This document shows positions 40,676 through 53,814 of a DNA stretch of 64,000 nucleotides, piece after piece. The stretch comes from Cycas panzhihuaensis. Lineage: Eukaryota > Plantae > Cycadophyta. The DNA lies in NCBI GenBank assembly GCA_023213395.1, contig CM041465.1, positions 139,507,741-139,571,740 of the forward strand, read 5' to 3'. The notes beneath the pieces were generated by a model. That model was given only the letters and a program-made list of their open reading frames with translations, was not told the DNA's origin and did no database searches. Every line of letters begins with the position of its first letter. The stretch's first letter is position 1. Position numbers and translations under genes: made by a program.

Positions 40676-43600
40676 TATTGGGTGTAATACCCAATTATAT
40701 ACCTTAAACTATGTAATCTCTTTTTATTCTTTATATTTTTATATTAGAGGTCGTGGGCCACCTAGAGATGTATGCCACCTCTGAGTCGACTAACGGGATT
40801 CTCTCACTAATGGTGAACATATATTATAAGTATGTACCTTTCATACTCTCTATTTGAGTTTTGGCCAATTCTCCATATATGGTGTTCATTATGTATATAT
40901 TTCATCTCTCTTATACTTTATTATTTTATCATTCACTCACCATTAGATGTTTTGTTGCATAGTTTGCATTTCTAATTATAATATGGTATCAAAGCCCAAG
41001 GTTCAATCCTTGAAGGCACATCATTATAAATATTTCGTATATATTATCTTTCAACATTATTATTTATTTAAGGAACCTATTATGCTTGTATTATAAACTG
41101 CCATTGAAAGTTCATTTCAAGTTATGAAAAGCCAACTTGGCATATATTTCTTAAGAGATTTTTGCTGAATATTTGGGGCTATTTTTGTTAATTCAAGGGG
41201 CTATTTTTTAGGCTATTAAGAATTGTTACAAGTTATATTATTTATGTTTTTTAGGATATAAAGGTGTTTTGAAGCTTTTGTAGATCAGCTACTCATGTAG
41301 GCCTAAGAACCCTACAGAATCAGTGTGTCTACTTTTAAAATGGAGGAATTTTATGCATATGCAGTTATGTGAAGTGATCTCCTTATAGACCAGTGGGTAG
41401 ATTGTAATGGAGATACTTGTAGTAATTGAGTGAGTTATTTTTTGGCTATCAAGAAGTAAAAAATAACTCCATCTTTGAGTTTTTTTTTACAATTAGGTAG
41501 TCTTACAAGGATGTGTTTACGTATTATTTTCATGTATTCAAAAAAAAAAGGGGAGGGGGGGGAGGGAGGAGAGGAGGTTGTTAAGTTTCCTTTTGCAGTC
41601 TAGTGTATAATAAATTTTTAGATCTGTATGGTTACTACTGAGGGTATTACTATTCAAGTTGTTACTATTGTTATTGGAGAATATCTAGATGTTACTAAAG
41701 ATAATAAAAAAAGAAAGAATCTCCTTACTGTCAACATGTGAGGATTATTGAAGAGCACTCTTATCTTGCCAATGTACAGTGTCTTAAAATTTATGAGAAT
41801 TAATATTTTTTTTGCACCTCACACTGGCTTGCCATCTGGTTGTAAGGTACAGGTGTAATTTGGCATGTTATACTTGCAACATGGCATGTTATTTCCAAAA
41901 CTAACTCTAATATTTGATTAACACTTAGCACATGAGGTGTATCTTTAGAAATATAACCTTTAGAATTGACTCCAGTTCCAAATACTTTACTAATAACATC
42001 TTTCTCTATTGTAGCAAATGCATCATCAGGTAAAAATCCCTACAGTAGTTCTTTCCTCATACTAAAAGCCTCTGCCTCTCACAATTTTCCTAAACTGTTA
42101 ATGATAAAGGACATTAAAGATTCCTTTGACTAGTCTATTATCCTTATTACTATTGAAAATAGCTCTAAGGTAGTACAGTTATCCTCCTATGAACCATACA
42201 CTATTTTCTCCTTACCAAGAGCTTCGTTGATAGCCTGGAGCCTATTATCATCAATCAACTGCTTGGGGCCAAATACTTACTTTGTTTAGACACTAAAGTT
42301 GCACATATCTAGCAAAATACCTAGTGTGGTCTAAAATGTAAGCATCTAGAGTCTGATCTAGAGAAGGATCTGAGTCTTATAGTATGTAAAAGAGTAAATA
42401 CAACATGGCCACGAGATTTTGTATGTAGATTGCATCGTGACTAGAGTAAAACATATGAGAATTTTGAATTCCAATACCAAGAGCTTCCATTGGGACTACT
42501 AGCTTCCTCATATAAAAAGCTTTTACTTATAATATAACAATATTTGTAAGATCTTTTAGGGCTGTATGTTCTTTATGATGTGCAAGATGTTGAATGAGAG
42601 GATACCAAGTTTGTCCAAACTCTACTCTGCATTAATAAAGGTAGAGGAGCATCTTTCCAAGCTTCCCAAAAATGCATGATATGAAGAATTAGTTGCTACC
42701 TCTATTGATCCTCGGTAGTCCTACACATCCATGGCATCCTATGTAACTCGATGCTAGTGCCCCTCAAATAGAAATATCCAAATTGTTTTGTTGGAATCCT
42801 AAACCTTATTAGGGTTAATAATATCAATTTGTTTATTTTGTTTGAATTAAGGCAAATGTCAAATTATTTGAAAAGGGGTTAAATTCTTTTGCAATTTAAA
42901 AATTAAATTTAATTGCATTTGATAACACTTAAAATCTAGTTAACCCCCTTATTATTCAACCCCAAGTCACATGGTAGACTTATATGACTAGCAGCCAGTC
43001 GATGAAAGGGGCTAGCCCCTATTTTTAGTTTCTTATGGAGCACCCTTTACAGTTTTACTAATATCTTGAGATAGGAGGCTTTGTTTCTACTCTCGTCTAT
43101 TGCGTTGGATTTGTAATAGAGAGATATTTCTATTGGTAGGTTACTTGATGATTTTTGGAGATGTTTTGATACAGATTTTTTAACTTAAAGTTTAAAATTT
43201 TTAACAAATTTTCTTCTTTCCTCTTTTTTTAGCTTCTTTAGGCACTTTCATATAATTCTTGAGGTTCCATGATATTTTTGATGTAATATACCCTAAATGG
43301 GGAGGATAACATGTACCAAAGTTTAATTTTTTAACTCTTGAGAACCCATTAAGTTCATTTTATACTTTATTGTATGAAAGAGAGTTATGTATACTATACT
43401 CGAGTCACATCTATCATTTTAAGTCATGTAAAAACATCTATTACTGGTTATTTTTCTAATGGTGGCATTTATATAGCCTAAACAAGCATCTTTTAGCCAA
43501 TTTGACAAATTTGAAGCCATAGAGCCCATTGCATTTCTAACCATTAGATGACAAAGAAGTGATAGTCATATTTAACAAGAGGTAGGACACACTTTTAAGC

Positions 43601-44227
43601 TACTCTTGCCATGTGCCATGCATCACTTATATACTTTTCTTCTTGCACTCCTATATAAGCAAGGGGTGGTATCTTTTATAGCTACTCTTGCCAGCTCAGA
43701 TTGATCCATGTACACAAAGTGAGTTCCTACTCTACTGGTGATTACAGTGACTGGGGACCTATGCATTCTAGTAGATGGACTTCACTTTATACAGATATCA
43801 ACAACTTTTTATTCATGTGTAGTAGCATTTGATCCAACATACTTTTGAAGACTTGAGCTTATCATTTGATATGACAATCATTTATGTAATTGACTATCAC
43901 AGGGGGGAATGTTGAGTGTAATACCTAATTACATATTACCCTTATGTAATCTCTCTCTCTCTCTCTCTATTTCTTTATATTTTTATATTAGAGGTTATAG
44001 ACCACCTAGAGATGTGTTCCACCTCTAAGTCAACCACTAGGGTTCTCTCACTAATGGTGAGTATGTATTATAAGTATGTACTTTTCATTCTCTTTAATTG
44101 AGTTTTGACTAATTCTCCACATATGGTATTCATTATATATGTACTTTATTTCTCTTGTACTTTATTATTTTATAATTCACTGACCATTATATGTTTTGTT
44201 GTATAGATTACATTTCTAATTCTAATA
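40676..44227 (+). mobile_element. Non-autonomous LTR retrotransposon (3.55 kb)
   Basis: LTRs 40676-40983 and 43910-44227; PBS tggtatcaaagc 40984-40995; PPT aggggggaa 43901-43909; no gag or pol motifs seen. Confidence 0.93.
41620..42770 (+). pseudogene. Possible captured hAT (DUF659-type) transposase fragments
   Basis: IQVVT..KRKNLL near 41650; ATRFCM near 42410; KMLNERIPSLSKLYSALIKVEEHL..YEELV..SIDPR* at about 42585-42718. Order matches QVVTDNA, TRFAT, LRLVD..P..G.LY..M, IID.RW. Confidence 0.42.
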
Positions 44228-45402
44228 AAAGTCATGTTTATCAAATAGAAGAGTTTTTGACATTTTATACTTTACATATAGAAGAACATTCATGCAAGAC
44301 AATCTCATATAAGAAGATGAAATGTAAGAAAATAAAAGAGTTAAGTAATATAGTTCTCACATATTCTTTTCCTACATAGAGGTCTTTTATGCTATATATT
44401 TTTCAAGAAAATAAGTTCTCATGAAGGAAACAATCAATCAAGAATAACCAACATGGGAAAATCAAAGAGAAAAATAGGTCTCAATGGTAATTATCCCATA
44501 AGAAATCCCAGTTTTAAAAAATACTTCTTAGAAAAATGAGAACAATGTGAGAAAAAAATATTGTAGGATAAGAGCATGCAAGAAAAGATCAAGTAACTTG
44601 CAAGAAACAAAAAGACGTATAAAATAAGACCATTAGGATCCACAATGTAAACAAAGAAAATAAGCAATATCAAAAGAGAAGACCATGTAAAATTTCAAAT
44701 ATAGGAAGGTAACAAAGAAAGAAATAATACATTCTCATATAATTATTTTCCCATATAAAGGCTCTTCTTACAACATCTTTTTGAAGAAATGTAGATATGA
44801 GAAAGATCAATGTATGAAGTGATCATATAGGGTTGTATTTCTAAGAGTTGAATATTTATAAGAGCTTATACTTGAGAGAAAATTCTTAAGCTAATATATA
44901 AAGTACACGAATATGGATGCAACCTAGACCTTTTATTCAAAATATAATATAAACTACAACCATTGATCTAACATTATATATCATGATTAAATTCTAATTA
45001 CTTAATGTGATGTGATGGAACCTTAAGGATTATGGCAATGTTGAAACATCATTAATGAGATTATATATATGGCCTATAAGAAATAAACACATAATTATGA
45101 AGGCCACAAGACATGAAGAAAATATTAATCTACACCCCATAACCCCACCTCATCCTCATGGCTAAAAAATAAGGTTTTAGGGCAATAAAGCTCATATAAT
45201 GTGTACAACCTATAGGTGGAGGGATTAGCATGTTAATTTGGATTATTTGATAAAAAAATGGTTCACTCATAAGGGATCAAGATGATGTTATGTTCAATAA
45301 TCATGTAAAAGATTTATAAGATGTGTTACATATTTAATCATAAAATGGCCATGGGATACATAGATCTTGTGGTATTTTAATGCCCATCTTAGGTAAGTAG
45401 TC

Positions 45403-45714
45403 TGTGACATGTCATTACACCAAAAGCTCATAGGTGATTTGGAAAGAGGACTCCTTAGCAAGTGAACAAGCCATAGTCCAATACTCCTTTGTGATGAGGA
45501 GGTTGACATAGCATGTATTACCTGTATTACAATTCCACTTGACTAGGGGTACATGGAGACCCCAATGGGGAAAGGGGATTTGTCTGGCATATGTGCAAGA
45601 TTTGAACCTTATACTTAGGCTTTATTACCACTTATAACTTGTTGTTACACCAAAAGCTCTTGGATGATTTGGGAAGAGGACTACTCGGTAAGTGAACTAG
45701 TCATAGTCTAACAC
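45403..45714 (-). mobile_element. TRIM-like miniature LTR element, right LTR truncated
   Basis: Direct repeats start at 45403 and 45633 (230-bp offset). The first runs TGTGAC..TATTACA (45531). PBS-like gctttattacca at 45619-45630 lies 2 nt before the second repeat. Confidence 0.6.
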
Positions 45715-47025
45715 AGTCAGTTATGAAAAATTAAATTGACTCAAAATAAGTTAGTGTATAATGAGAAAGTAACCCTTATCTAGGATTTAAACATGAGAAA
45801 CATTATAATCTAGAATAATAAAGTCAGATACAAGTGTCTAAGAGGTAAAACTTGAAGGTAAAAATCCAATTGTAAGGAAAACCATAAATGTAGGATGGCA
45901 AGAATCATGGAGTTACTTGTTACTATTAATAAGTATATAATTCATTAGTTGAAGTAGGGTTAGTACATGAGGGTTAAATCTTGGGTCCACACATAAGTGA
46001 AACATTATATACCCCATTAGTTAGCCTTAATAAGTACCTAAATTAATTTCAAGCATAATGGTTATCTTAACAGTAGTGCAGGGCTGTACTTAACAATATC
46101 ACATTTATCGAGACTACTTCAAGGGTAGTCCTTATAAAGCTTTCATAAGTTGAAATGCATAAAATATTTATACTTCATGTTCAAGTTGTAAGATGAGCTT
46201 GTATAATAGTTATCTTCATGAGGTAGATGTTTAACTATTTTCCTAGATTTTTTCCCTTGTTTCAATTATTATACTAGATAAAAGAGGATCTATAATTGTT
46301 CCATTTAGATAATGACATATTTGATTATCACACGAAAGATCTAATGAACCTGCAACTATTACTTTGCCTTAAGGGGATGCCTTTATATAAAAGGGAATAC
46401 TTGGAGGATTATAGGGACTTCTTATCTAGGCTCCTCTTCAAAGTTTTTTTGTTCTTCTACTTTTGTTTTTTCTTTTCTTGTAAGATTTATTTCTTTTTCT
46501 TGAGCTCTGTCATTTAGAGGTTATTTCTTCTCTTAAAGGGAGATTTGGCTAGAGAGGTTTTAGAGAGGAAAGTGTATAAGGTATTTTTGTCTAGCTACTA
46601 TAATAATTACATATTATTGACAAGACACAAGCTTCATTATAGAGGGACTCAAAACCAAAATGACATTAAAGTATAAGCCTCTTTTGGTAAGCATTGTTTG
46701 TTACTGAAAGGTCTTGGATTTTTTGTTATTTTGATATAGTTTTTGTATGAGAAGATTGTTCTAGGTAATAATTTATGCTCAATTCATCTTGTTATTACAT
46801 GAGCTCAATATATTATAATATCAATTTTATTCAATTATTCTATCCATTCTCAATTTGTTAAGCACTTATCTAATAAATTTAGGATAAGAATGATTTTATA
46901 ATATAATTATAGTATTCATGTGCAATGTATAGAAGTATAATTAGTTATGATTTTCTCTTATATATTCTCCATGACATCTATATTGAGACCTATTAAAGTG
47001 TATGTTAAGGCCCTATGTCTATACA

Positions 47026-47037
47026 TGGTATCCTAGT
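47026..47037 (+). promoter_or_regulatory. Decayed tRNA-iMet PBS after a probable LTR end (..tataCA at 47025)
   Basis: CA|TGGTATCCTAGT; upstream TATATAAAAGGG near 46384 fits an LTR promoter; the LTR start is not resolved. Confidence 0.45.
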
Positions 47038-50000
47038 TTCAAAATTTTTAAAAGTTTTAATCCTATAATTTCCACACTTTCACATATTAGTCACATAGAT
47101 TATTTTGATTAATGATCTAATGCTTATGGTTCAACACTGATACCATTCCAAGAACATAGGTAGTCTTTGCCTATTATTTTAGCCTAGGTAGAACAAGGCA
47201 TTGATTCTAGAGGTGAAAATAATGAAATGATGGATGGTTAAGATGCCCTTCTTTAGAATATTCTCAATAGGGTTTATTAAATTCAATTAAGGGTTTTGTC
47301 TACCCAAGCATTCCTATTCTTCTCATGTGTCAAGCCTTTTCTGAACTCATAAATTAGAATTACCTAAAGGCATTTTTAAACTAGATACTAGGGGTAGATA
47401 AATGAGAAATATTAATTAGGAAAAGTAAAAAAAAAAAAAAAAAAAAGAGTAAGGAGGGATACTTAACATCGTGATGTAAGCCATCACTTTCATGAGGTGT
47501 GCCTTAAGCCAGTAGTTCCAAAGATCATCCATCTTCTTCTCCATCCCTATCATTAATTACTATGACCATTGAGGCCCTTTCCTATACCATTATAAATCCC
47601 CTAACATGGTACCCATCCCCCCATCACCCCATTCCCTCCATCTCTACCCTTGATAGTTGGGGACTCATCTATATCTGACTCCCATGAAGTCCCATCTTAG
47701 GGGTTTAGAAAAAAATGGACTAATGATGAAGGGGCTATATTTAGTGTATAGATCCTCTAAGACACAAGCCCTCTTAGACCTCCCTAACAAAATCTTAACA
47801 TCCATTAGTTTATCACTATTGAGTTTATATCTAATACTATAGAATCCTTGTAAGGCTGCATAGTAGTGAAATGGTCAAAAAACCATAATTGGAGCACTTA
47901 ACATTAGGGAAATCCTCTACTCTTCTTAATCTAGGTTACACCTAAAAGGTAGTGCATGTTCACCATGATAAGGGAATCCTAATTGAACTACTATCCCACC
48001 TCACATGAGGGAACAATGTGCCTCAACCATTAGGAATCATAGCATAGCTCTATCTATGGGATATAATAAGCATGGGGGTTTCTATAATTAGTTTATGTAC
48101 TAATAGAATATTAATTATAACTAAGTAACTTACTATCAAGATCCCTTTGCACCACTAAGCCCCTCCCTTAAGTAAAGAAAGTGGTGACAACTACATAAGG
48201 CATTGGTTTATGATCCATAGTCACTAAAATGAGGAGAGTGGGGTAGGAAGGATGTAAGGATTTCCTAAAATCTAATGATTATCCCACATAGCAATCCATA
48301 GATCTTTATATAAGGGGAGGGTGAATACCTATCACTGATGATACCAATCACTAATGAGGTTAACTAGAAATGTCTAGTTTAAAATATATTTCCTCAACCT
48401 ATAAAAACAATAAGGGCCACATCTCTTCAGGGTGGCCTAAGTCTTATCATCCATATTATTAATAAGATGAGGTATCTCAATCCCTATCAATTTACTATTT
48501 ATAACATAAATAACCTCATGCATATGCAAAAAATAAAGTTAGTTATTAGTAATAAGGAGCACAAAGTACTAAGATAAAGCAAATATTATGTAAAGAAAAA
48601 AAAAGATCTTCAAAAAGTCCTAGTTTTTTGTCTATTATTTTAATTTTTTGTATTATTTTTTAATTCAAAATGATACATTTATATATCATTTTAAAAATTA
48701 AAATGGTATAAAAATGTATAGTTTAAATAATCAAATTGGTACACAAATATTCTATTGTGAAAATTAAAATAGTATATTTTATATAATTTTGAAATTTAGA
48801 ATAGTATAAAATATATAATATGAAATAAAATGGCATACACTAATAAAATAATATGTACTATTATGATTCTTGCATACCAAAAAAAAGGAGGAAAAAAAAA
48901 ATAAAATTTAATAAATTTTAAAATTTTGATTAGAAAAAAATTTATGTAGGAGCATTTTCGCTAGTTTTATAGAAAATTGGATTCTAATTCAACCTCATTT
49001 TTCCAAAATATCTAATTTTAGGGAAATCTTAAAGTTTAAGGTTTTAACTAAAAATTAGAAAAAAATGATAAAATTTTAATGAAAACCTATTAGATCGAGT
49101 CCCTCAGTTGTGATCACTAAGTCATGATCTCATTAGAACTTACTATATAAAAAACCACTTCTCTAAGTTCTTACAATCAACTCTTAATTTCCAACACCTC
49201 ATAAATGGATAATAACCTAAATCTAATAAACTAACACATAAAAATAAATTGGGAATTTAAGGAATATAAATTTAAAATGAATTCCTTTGAGCCCCTTATA
49301 GACCATAATTCATTAAAAATCCCTCAAATTTCTTATGATTAAAATGTTGCCATATGTAGGACAGAATTTAAAACCTTAGAATGATTAAATAAACCTAGTC
49401 TAAAGTTACTTTGAAGCACAATATATTTGAGCTTATTACTCAAAATACATAGTGCTCATATATGATTTCTCTTGGGATTATCCTAGAACTTTCCCTTTTC
49501 TATAGCCAAATGTAACTATTCCAAGAAATGAGCTCAAATTTGACAATTATTTCAACATATTCCTCTTTAAGAGATTTAGTGTCCACTTGAATTAAGCCCC
49601 TTATGGCCTTAGTTATGAGACTTCTCCCAAGGAATATTAATATTTATAGTTAAAAGTCATGGTTTTTAGCCCTAAACTCATATTAGCCAATCACATATGC
49701 TACTCCAACTATTGTATATACTTTAAAGCCTTATATAAGCTCACTTACTTGCAATTCTATGGCCATTTATATTCCTATCTAGAGGTTCATTTACCATTCA
49801 TCTATTAAATTTACTAAAAATTTAGCACTTGAATTAATTAATATTTATTAATTTATTCTATATAATCCACATTATAGTGAATAATTCATGGGTTGCCCAG
49901 GTTACCCTTTTATCTGAAGGTTTGATCAAGGAGACATAGTAGAGCAGTATATCAAGTAATCAATCCATTATAGGGTAAATACAATAATCTTTGTATTTAA

Positions 50001-50249
50001 TCCATCTTATGAGAGTATAATAGATTTCCAAATATTGGTGGTGTCAAAAGACACTAGGGTTAGTCACCTTAGAAAATATATAGTTTGAGGGAGAAGGGAG
50101 ACATCGTCAATCTCCAAAATTTAAACAACATTAAAATAATATTTAACTCAAGTTAACATTAACTTTACTTGACTTACCTTAACATGTGTGTGCTCACATG
50201 TGAAAAGGGTGGGAGTGGGGTGATGAGAATTAACCCTAACATTTTCCCC

Positions 50250-50968
50250 CTTAATGGTCATCACGATCATCTTCACTTTTCTTTGAATTTGTGGTATATG
50301 TACTTGAGGAAAACTTTGAGAGAGTGATTGAACACATGCCCTTTAGCTTTGTCTTCATCTTCTTTGATGTGATCATTAACCTACATCATTGTCCTTATAA
50401 AGTAGTTTCCTTCAATATAGCATGGTTCAAGTGATCTCCAAGTAAGTGTGGCTTGCTTCAAGTGGAGAAGAGTGGCTTCATCTTTTACTTTATCTTATTA
50501 ATCCTTTGTCTTATGAGAATCAACAAAATCATGGGTACATATAACATCATCAAGTGTAATAATATGATCATCCATTTTATTTGAGTCATCAACATTAGCC
50601 TCTTCAATATAAAATACTTGCTCTATCATTTGTCTCACATGTACAACATCATCAACACAGTTAAATTCATTTAAATCTAAGATTTCTCCCTCATAAATTG
50701 ATTCTAGTGTATCCCAAACAGACTTGGATGTAGTTAACTCACTAACATTAATGAATACATCATCATTTATTATGATAAAGATTAATGCTATGACTTTATT
50801 ATCCTTTCTTAAGTTTTCTTTAAAATTTTATTCATCTTCTAGGTAACCATATTCAAAAAATTTCTAAAGGTTATTTACACTAAGATATGTTTTTAACAAG
50901 TCTTTCCAAATGTGAAAATTAGTTCCATCAAATGTGAGAATTAACACATCACCTATATAAGTTACCAT
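50250..50968 (-). pseudogene. Copia-type gag N-terminal remnant
   Basis: MVTYIGDVLILTFDGTNFHIWKDLLKTYL..L*KFFEYGY..KDNKVIALI..TTSKSVWDTLESIYEG (DUF4219/UBN2-like). The C-terminal limit is uncertain. Confidence 0.8.
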
Positions 50969-53701
50969 TTGTAAAACTTTTAGTTCATGAACTCAAATGA
51001 ATAGATAAAGGTCTTTAATGAATGAATAACATAAAGTAGGCAATAAATTCCAACATAAATCCTTAAATCAATATAAGTAAGTAATGAGATAAAATGCATA
51101 TCCTTTTAAGACAAATACTTTCCTTTAGCATGGAACTAAATCAATTAATGATTTTATGTAAACCTTAAAAGTAAAGGGCTAAAGTGAAAGAAAGAAAAAT
51201 TGAAATATATACATAATTTTTAAATCAATGACTAAAAATAAGATGGAAAAGTATTTCCTTTTAATAATGAAACAAAATACATGTAAATATGTAATCAAAT
51301 ATCCTTTTGAGTTGAGAATGATAAATGCTCCTTGAAGTGCTTTGAAAACTTTTTAAAGTTGAAATGGAGTAAAAATGATTCTTCAATTTCAATTCCTTAT
51401 TAAAAATAAATAACCATTAAATGAGCTCTTTGAAATCAAAGAAGAATGTAAATATTCTTATAAAATAATCTTAAAATGTACTCCTTGAGTGAATGCTTCA
51501 CATGGGAAAAATGACCTTAAATAGGCAGTGAGTAGGCCTTAAGAGTGCTTTAGAATTAAATTTATAAGCTAAAGAATAAAATAAAAGCTTTAGAATAGGG
51601 TTAGAGTGCACCAGTTTGACATTTTTGATCCAAAGGAGGCTCCTTCTCTTTAGGAGGTTGAAATAAAACTTAATAGCTATAAAAACTCAATTATAGGCTT
51701 TTAAAATAAGTAAAAGCTACTAACAACTGATTAGTATATCAATGATAAATAAATATGCTGAGTTAGAGTGAAATTTTTGCTTGAAATATTTAAAAATATG
51801 TCTAATTAGGACCAAATAGGAGCCTCAAATTTAACTACTTTAAATAGCTAAAAAATAATATCAGATTAAAGTAAAACTTATTTTAATATGAAGAGTATTA
51901 AAAACTCTTTCTAACAGATCTAACCATTTGAAAAACGGGCTCTTTAAGCTCAAGATATTAATGAATATATATGAGAACCCTTTTAATGACTCAAAATAGA
52001 GCCATGAGGCTGAACTATTAAAATATTTAAATTATAACTTTGTAGAAAGATATAAAAATACTCATATATAGATTAGAGATCCCTTAGTGTATCTTAAGTT
52101 GAAGAAACTTAGATAAAATTAATTTATTATTGCTGAAAATAATGAACTAAGATAAATAGGTTACCTCAACTTCATTAGCTTTGAAAACCTATAAAATGGA
52201 TTCAAATTGGATAAAAAACATACTAGCATGTAGAGAATCAAACCAAATTTCTAACGAGATAGACGGTTCAAAAAATGGAGCTTGTATGCCAAAGTTATTG
52301 CAAAAATGGTAAGAGAACCTCTTTATGGTTAGTAAAATAAGGGCCGAAAGAAGGGGTCACTTCGACTGATTAAATCTCAGTAAAAAAAGTCTCAAATTTG
52401 ATAAATGAATAGTTTATATTGTAGCTCACTAAAAAATAAATATAATGGACCCAGTTTTATTAAAAACTAATATGCCAGAGAGGAGATACAGTGAAAAATA
52501 TAATAGAGACTCTATGAGAAAAAAATATAAATGAAACTTTATAATTAAAAGTTGATTAGCCCCTTTATAAATAAGCTCTAATCACATGGAAAACCACAGA
52601 ACCAGTGGCCAGTGAATTAGAGGGGGCTAATGAAACTTACACACCTAGAATTCAAATTAGAATCAAATTTAATTAAATTTTGTTAGAACTTTATAAAAAA
52701 TAAAGATTTTATGCAAATTTAATTACTCATTAATGACGATAACTGGGGCAGACAAAGATTGAAAATCATGATTAAAAAAAGAATCAAATCACCTACCTTA
52801 TGATAAGATTTAATCATGCAAATATAAGTTTTAAAATTTTAAATATATTTTTTGAAAAAAATATAAAAGAAAAGGAAATAAAGTGTTGTTAACATAGGCA
52901 ACGGTCGACGCACTGCAAATTAATAATTTTATTAAAAATATTGATTAAATGATATATTACTTCACTCTGAGATCATTTTAATCTGAGATAAATGCTATCT
53001 ACAATGGCTATGGGGCACTCCTTCGATGCAACTTAGTTCTATGGAAATGCTCGAGGTGATCAAGGGGCATGGGGATCTGTCCAAGGACCTTTCATCTACA
53101 CTACCCTTACTACTGACTTACAAAGCTCAACTTTGATCTGCAAATCAAATGAGAAAAACTTCTTCACCTCAGTTTAATCAGAGCACTAGGGCTGAAACTA
53201 AGCATGGTCAAATAAAAACTCTATCTGTGGTTTTAGAGTCTCTACATATTCAAGGAGTCTAGAATCTGGTGGTAGATCCTTAAAACATGTTGCGGATAGA
53301 GATGCCACGCAGGAGGCACGTTGCTAGATCCTATGGTGCCCTTCCCACGTCAAAGAAAGAATCATAGCGGTGGATGCTTGATGGGAAGAGGACAACCCTT
53401 GAGCTCTATCAAAAGAAGATGGGATCCTGACTAGTGAAGGAGATGATGGACTCTTACAGTAGGTATATAAGAAATTGTGAGGGTTAAAAAGCTCTAATAC
53501 ATAAGAGAAAGGGGCAAGGCTACCTTGTAATAAATGACAGGGTTTCAAACATAATTTATCACACCATATAGCATAAACGGCTCTATGTAAAGAACAATGT
53601 AGCACAATGGATGTAAAGATGGCAGGTACCCATTGATATAGAGACAAAGTAAATGGAGGGCAAAATAGAGCACTTCTATAATCACCAGGTTTTTCATGCT
53701 T

Positions 53702-53719
53702 TATATATATATCTATATC

Positions 53720-53800
<81 letters not shown>

Positions 53801-53814
53801 ATGTATGTATGTAT
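53702..53814. repeat. Compound (TA)n(TG)n(TATG)n microsatellite
   Basis: Read directly. Confidence 0.95.

Noticed and set aside
39597-44227. Mutator or foldback DNA transposon with 1-kb TIRs
   Set aside because: The arms consist of LTR, PPT and retroelement internal sequence, and the TSD is 5 bp rather than 9-11 bp.
45403-45531. Cassandra 5S rRNA segment
   Set aside because: Only a short agtcctc match; the A and C boxes are not recognisable.
47100-49900. Repeat-like sequence with aaatggta(c/t)a motifs (also 57900-58700 and 62900-64000)
   Set aside because: Probably old LTR fragments, but no boundaries, PBS, PPT or TSD could be established.
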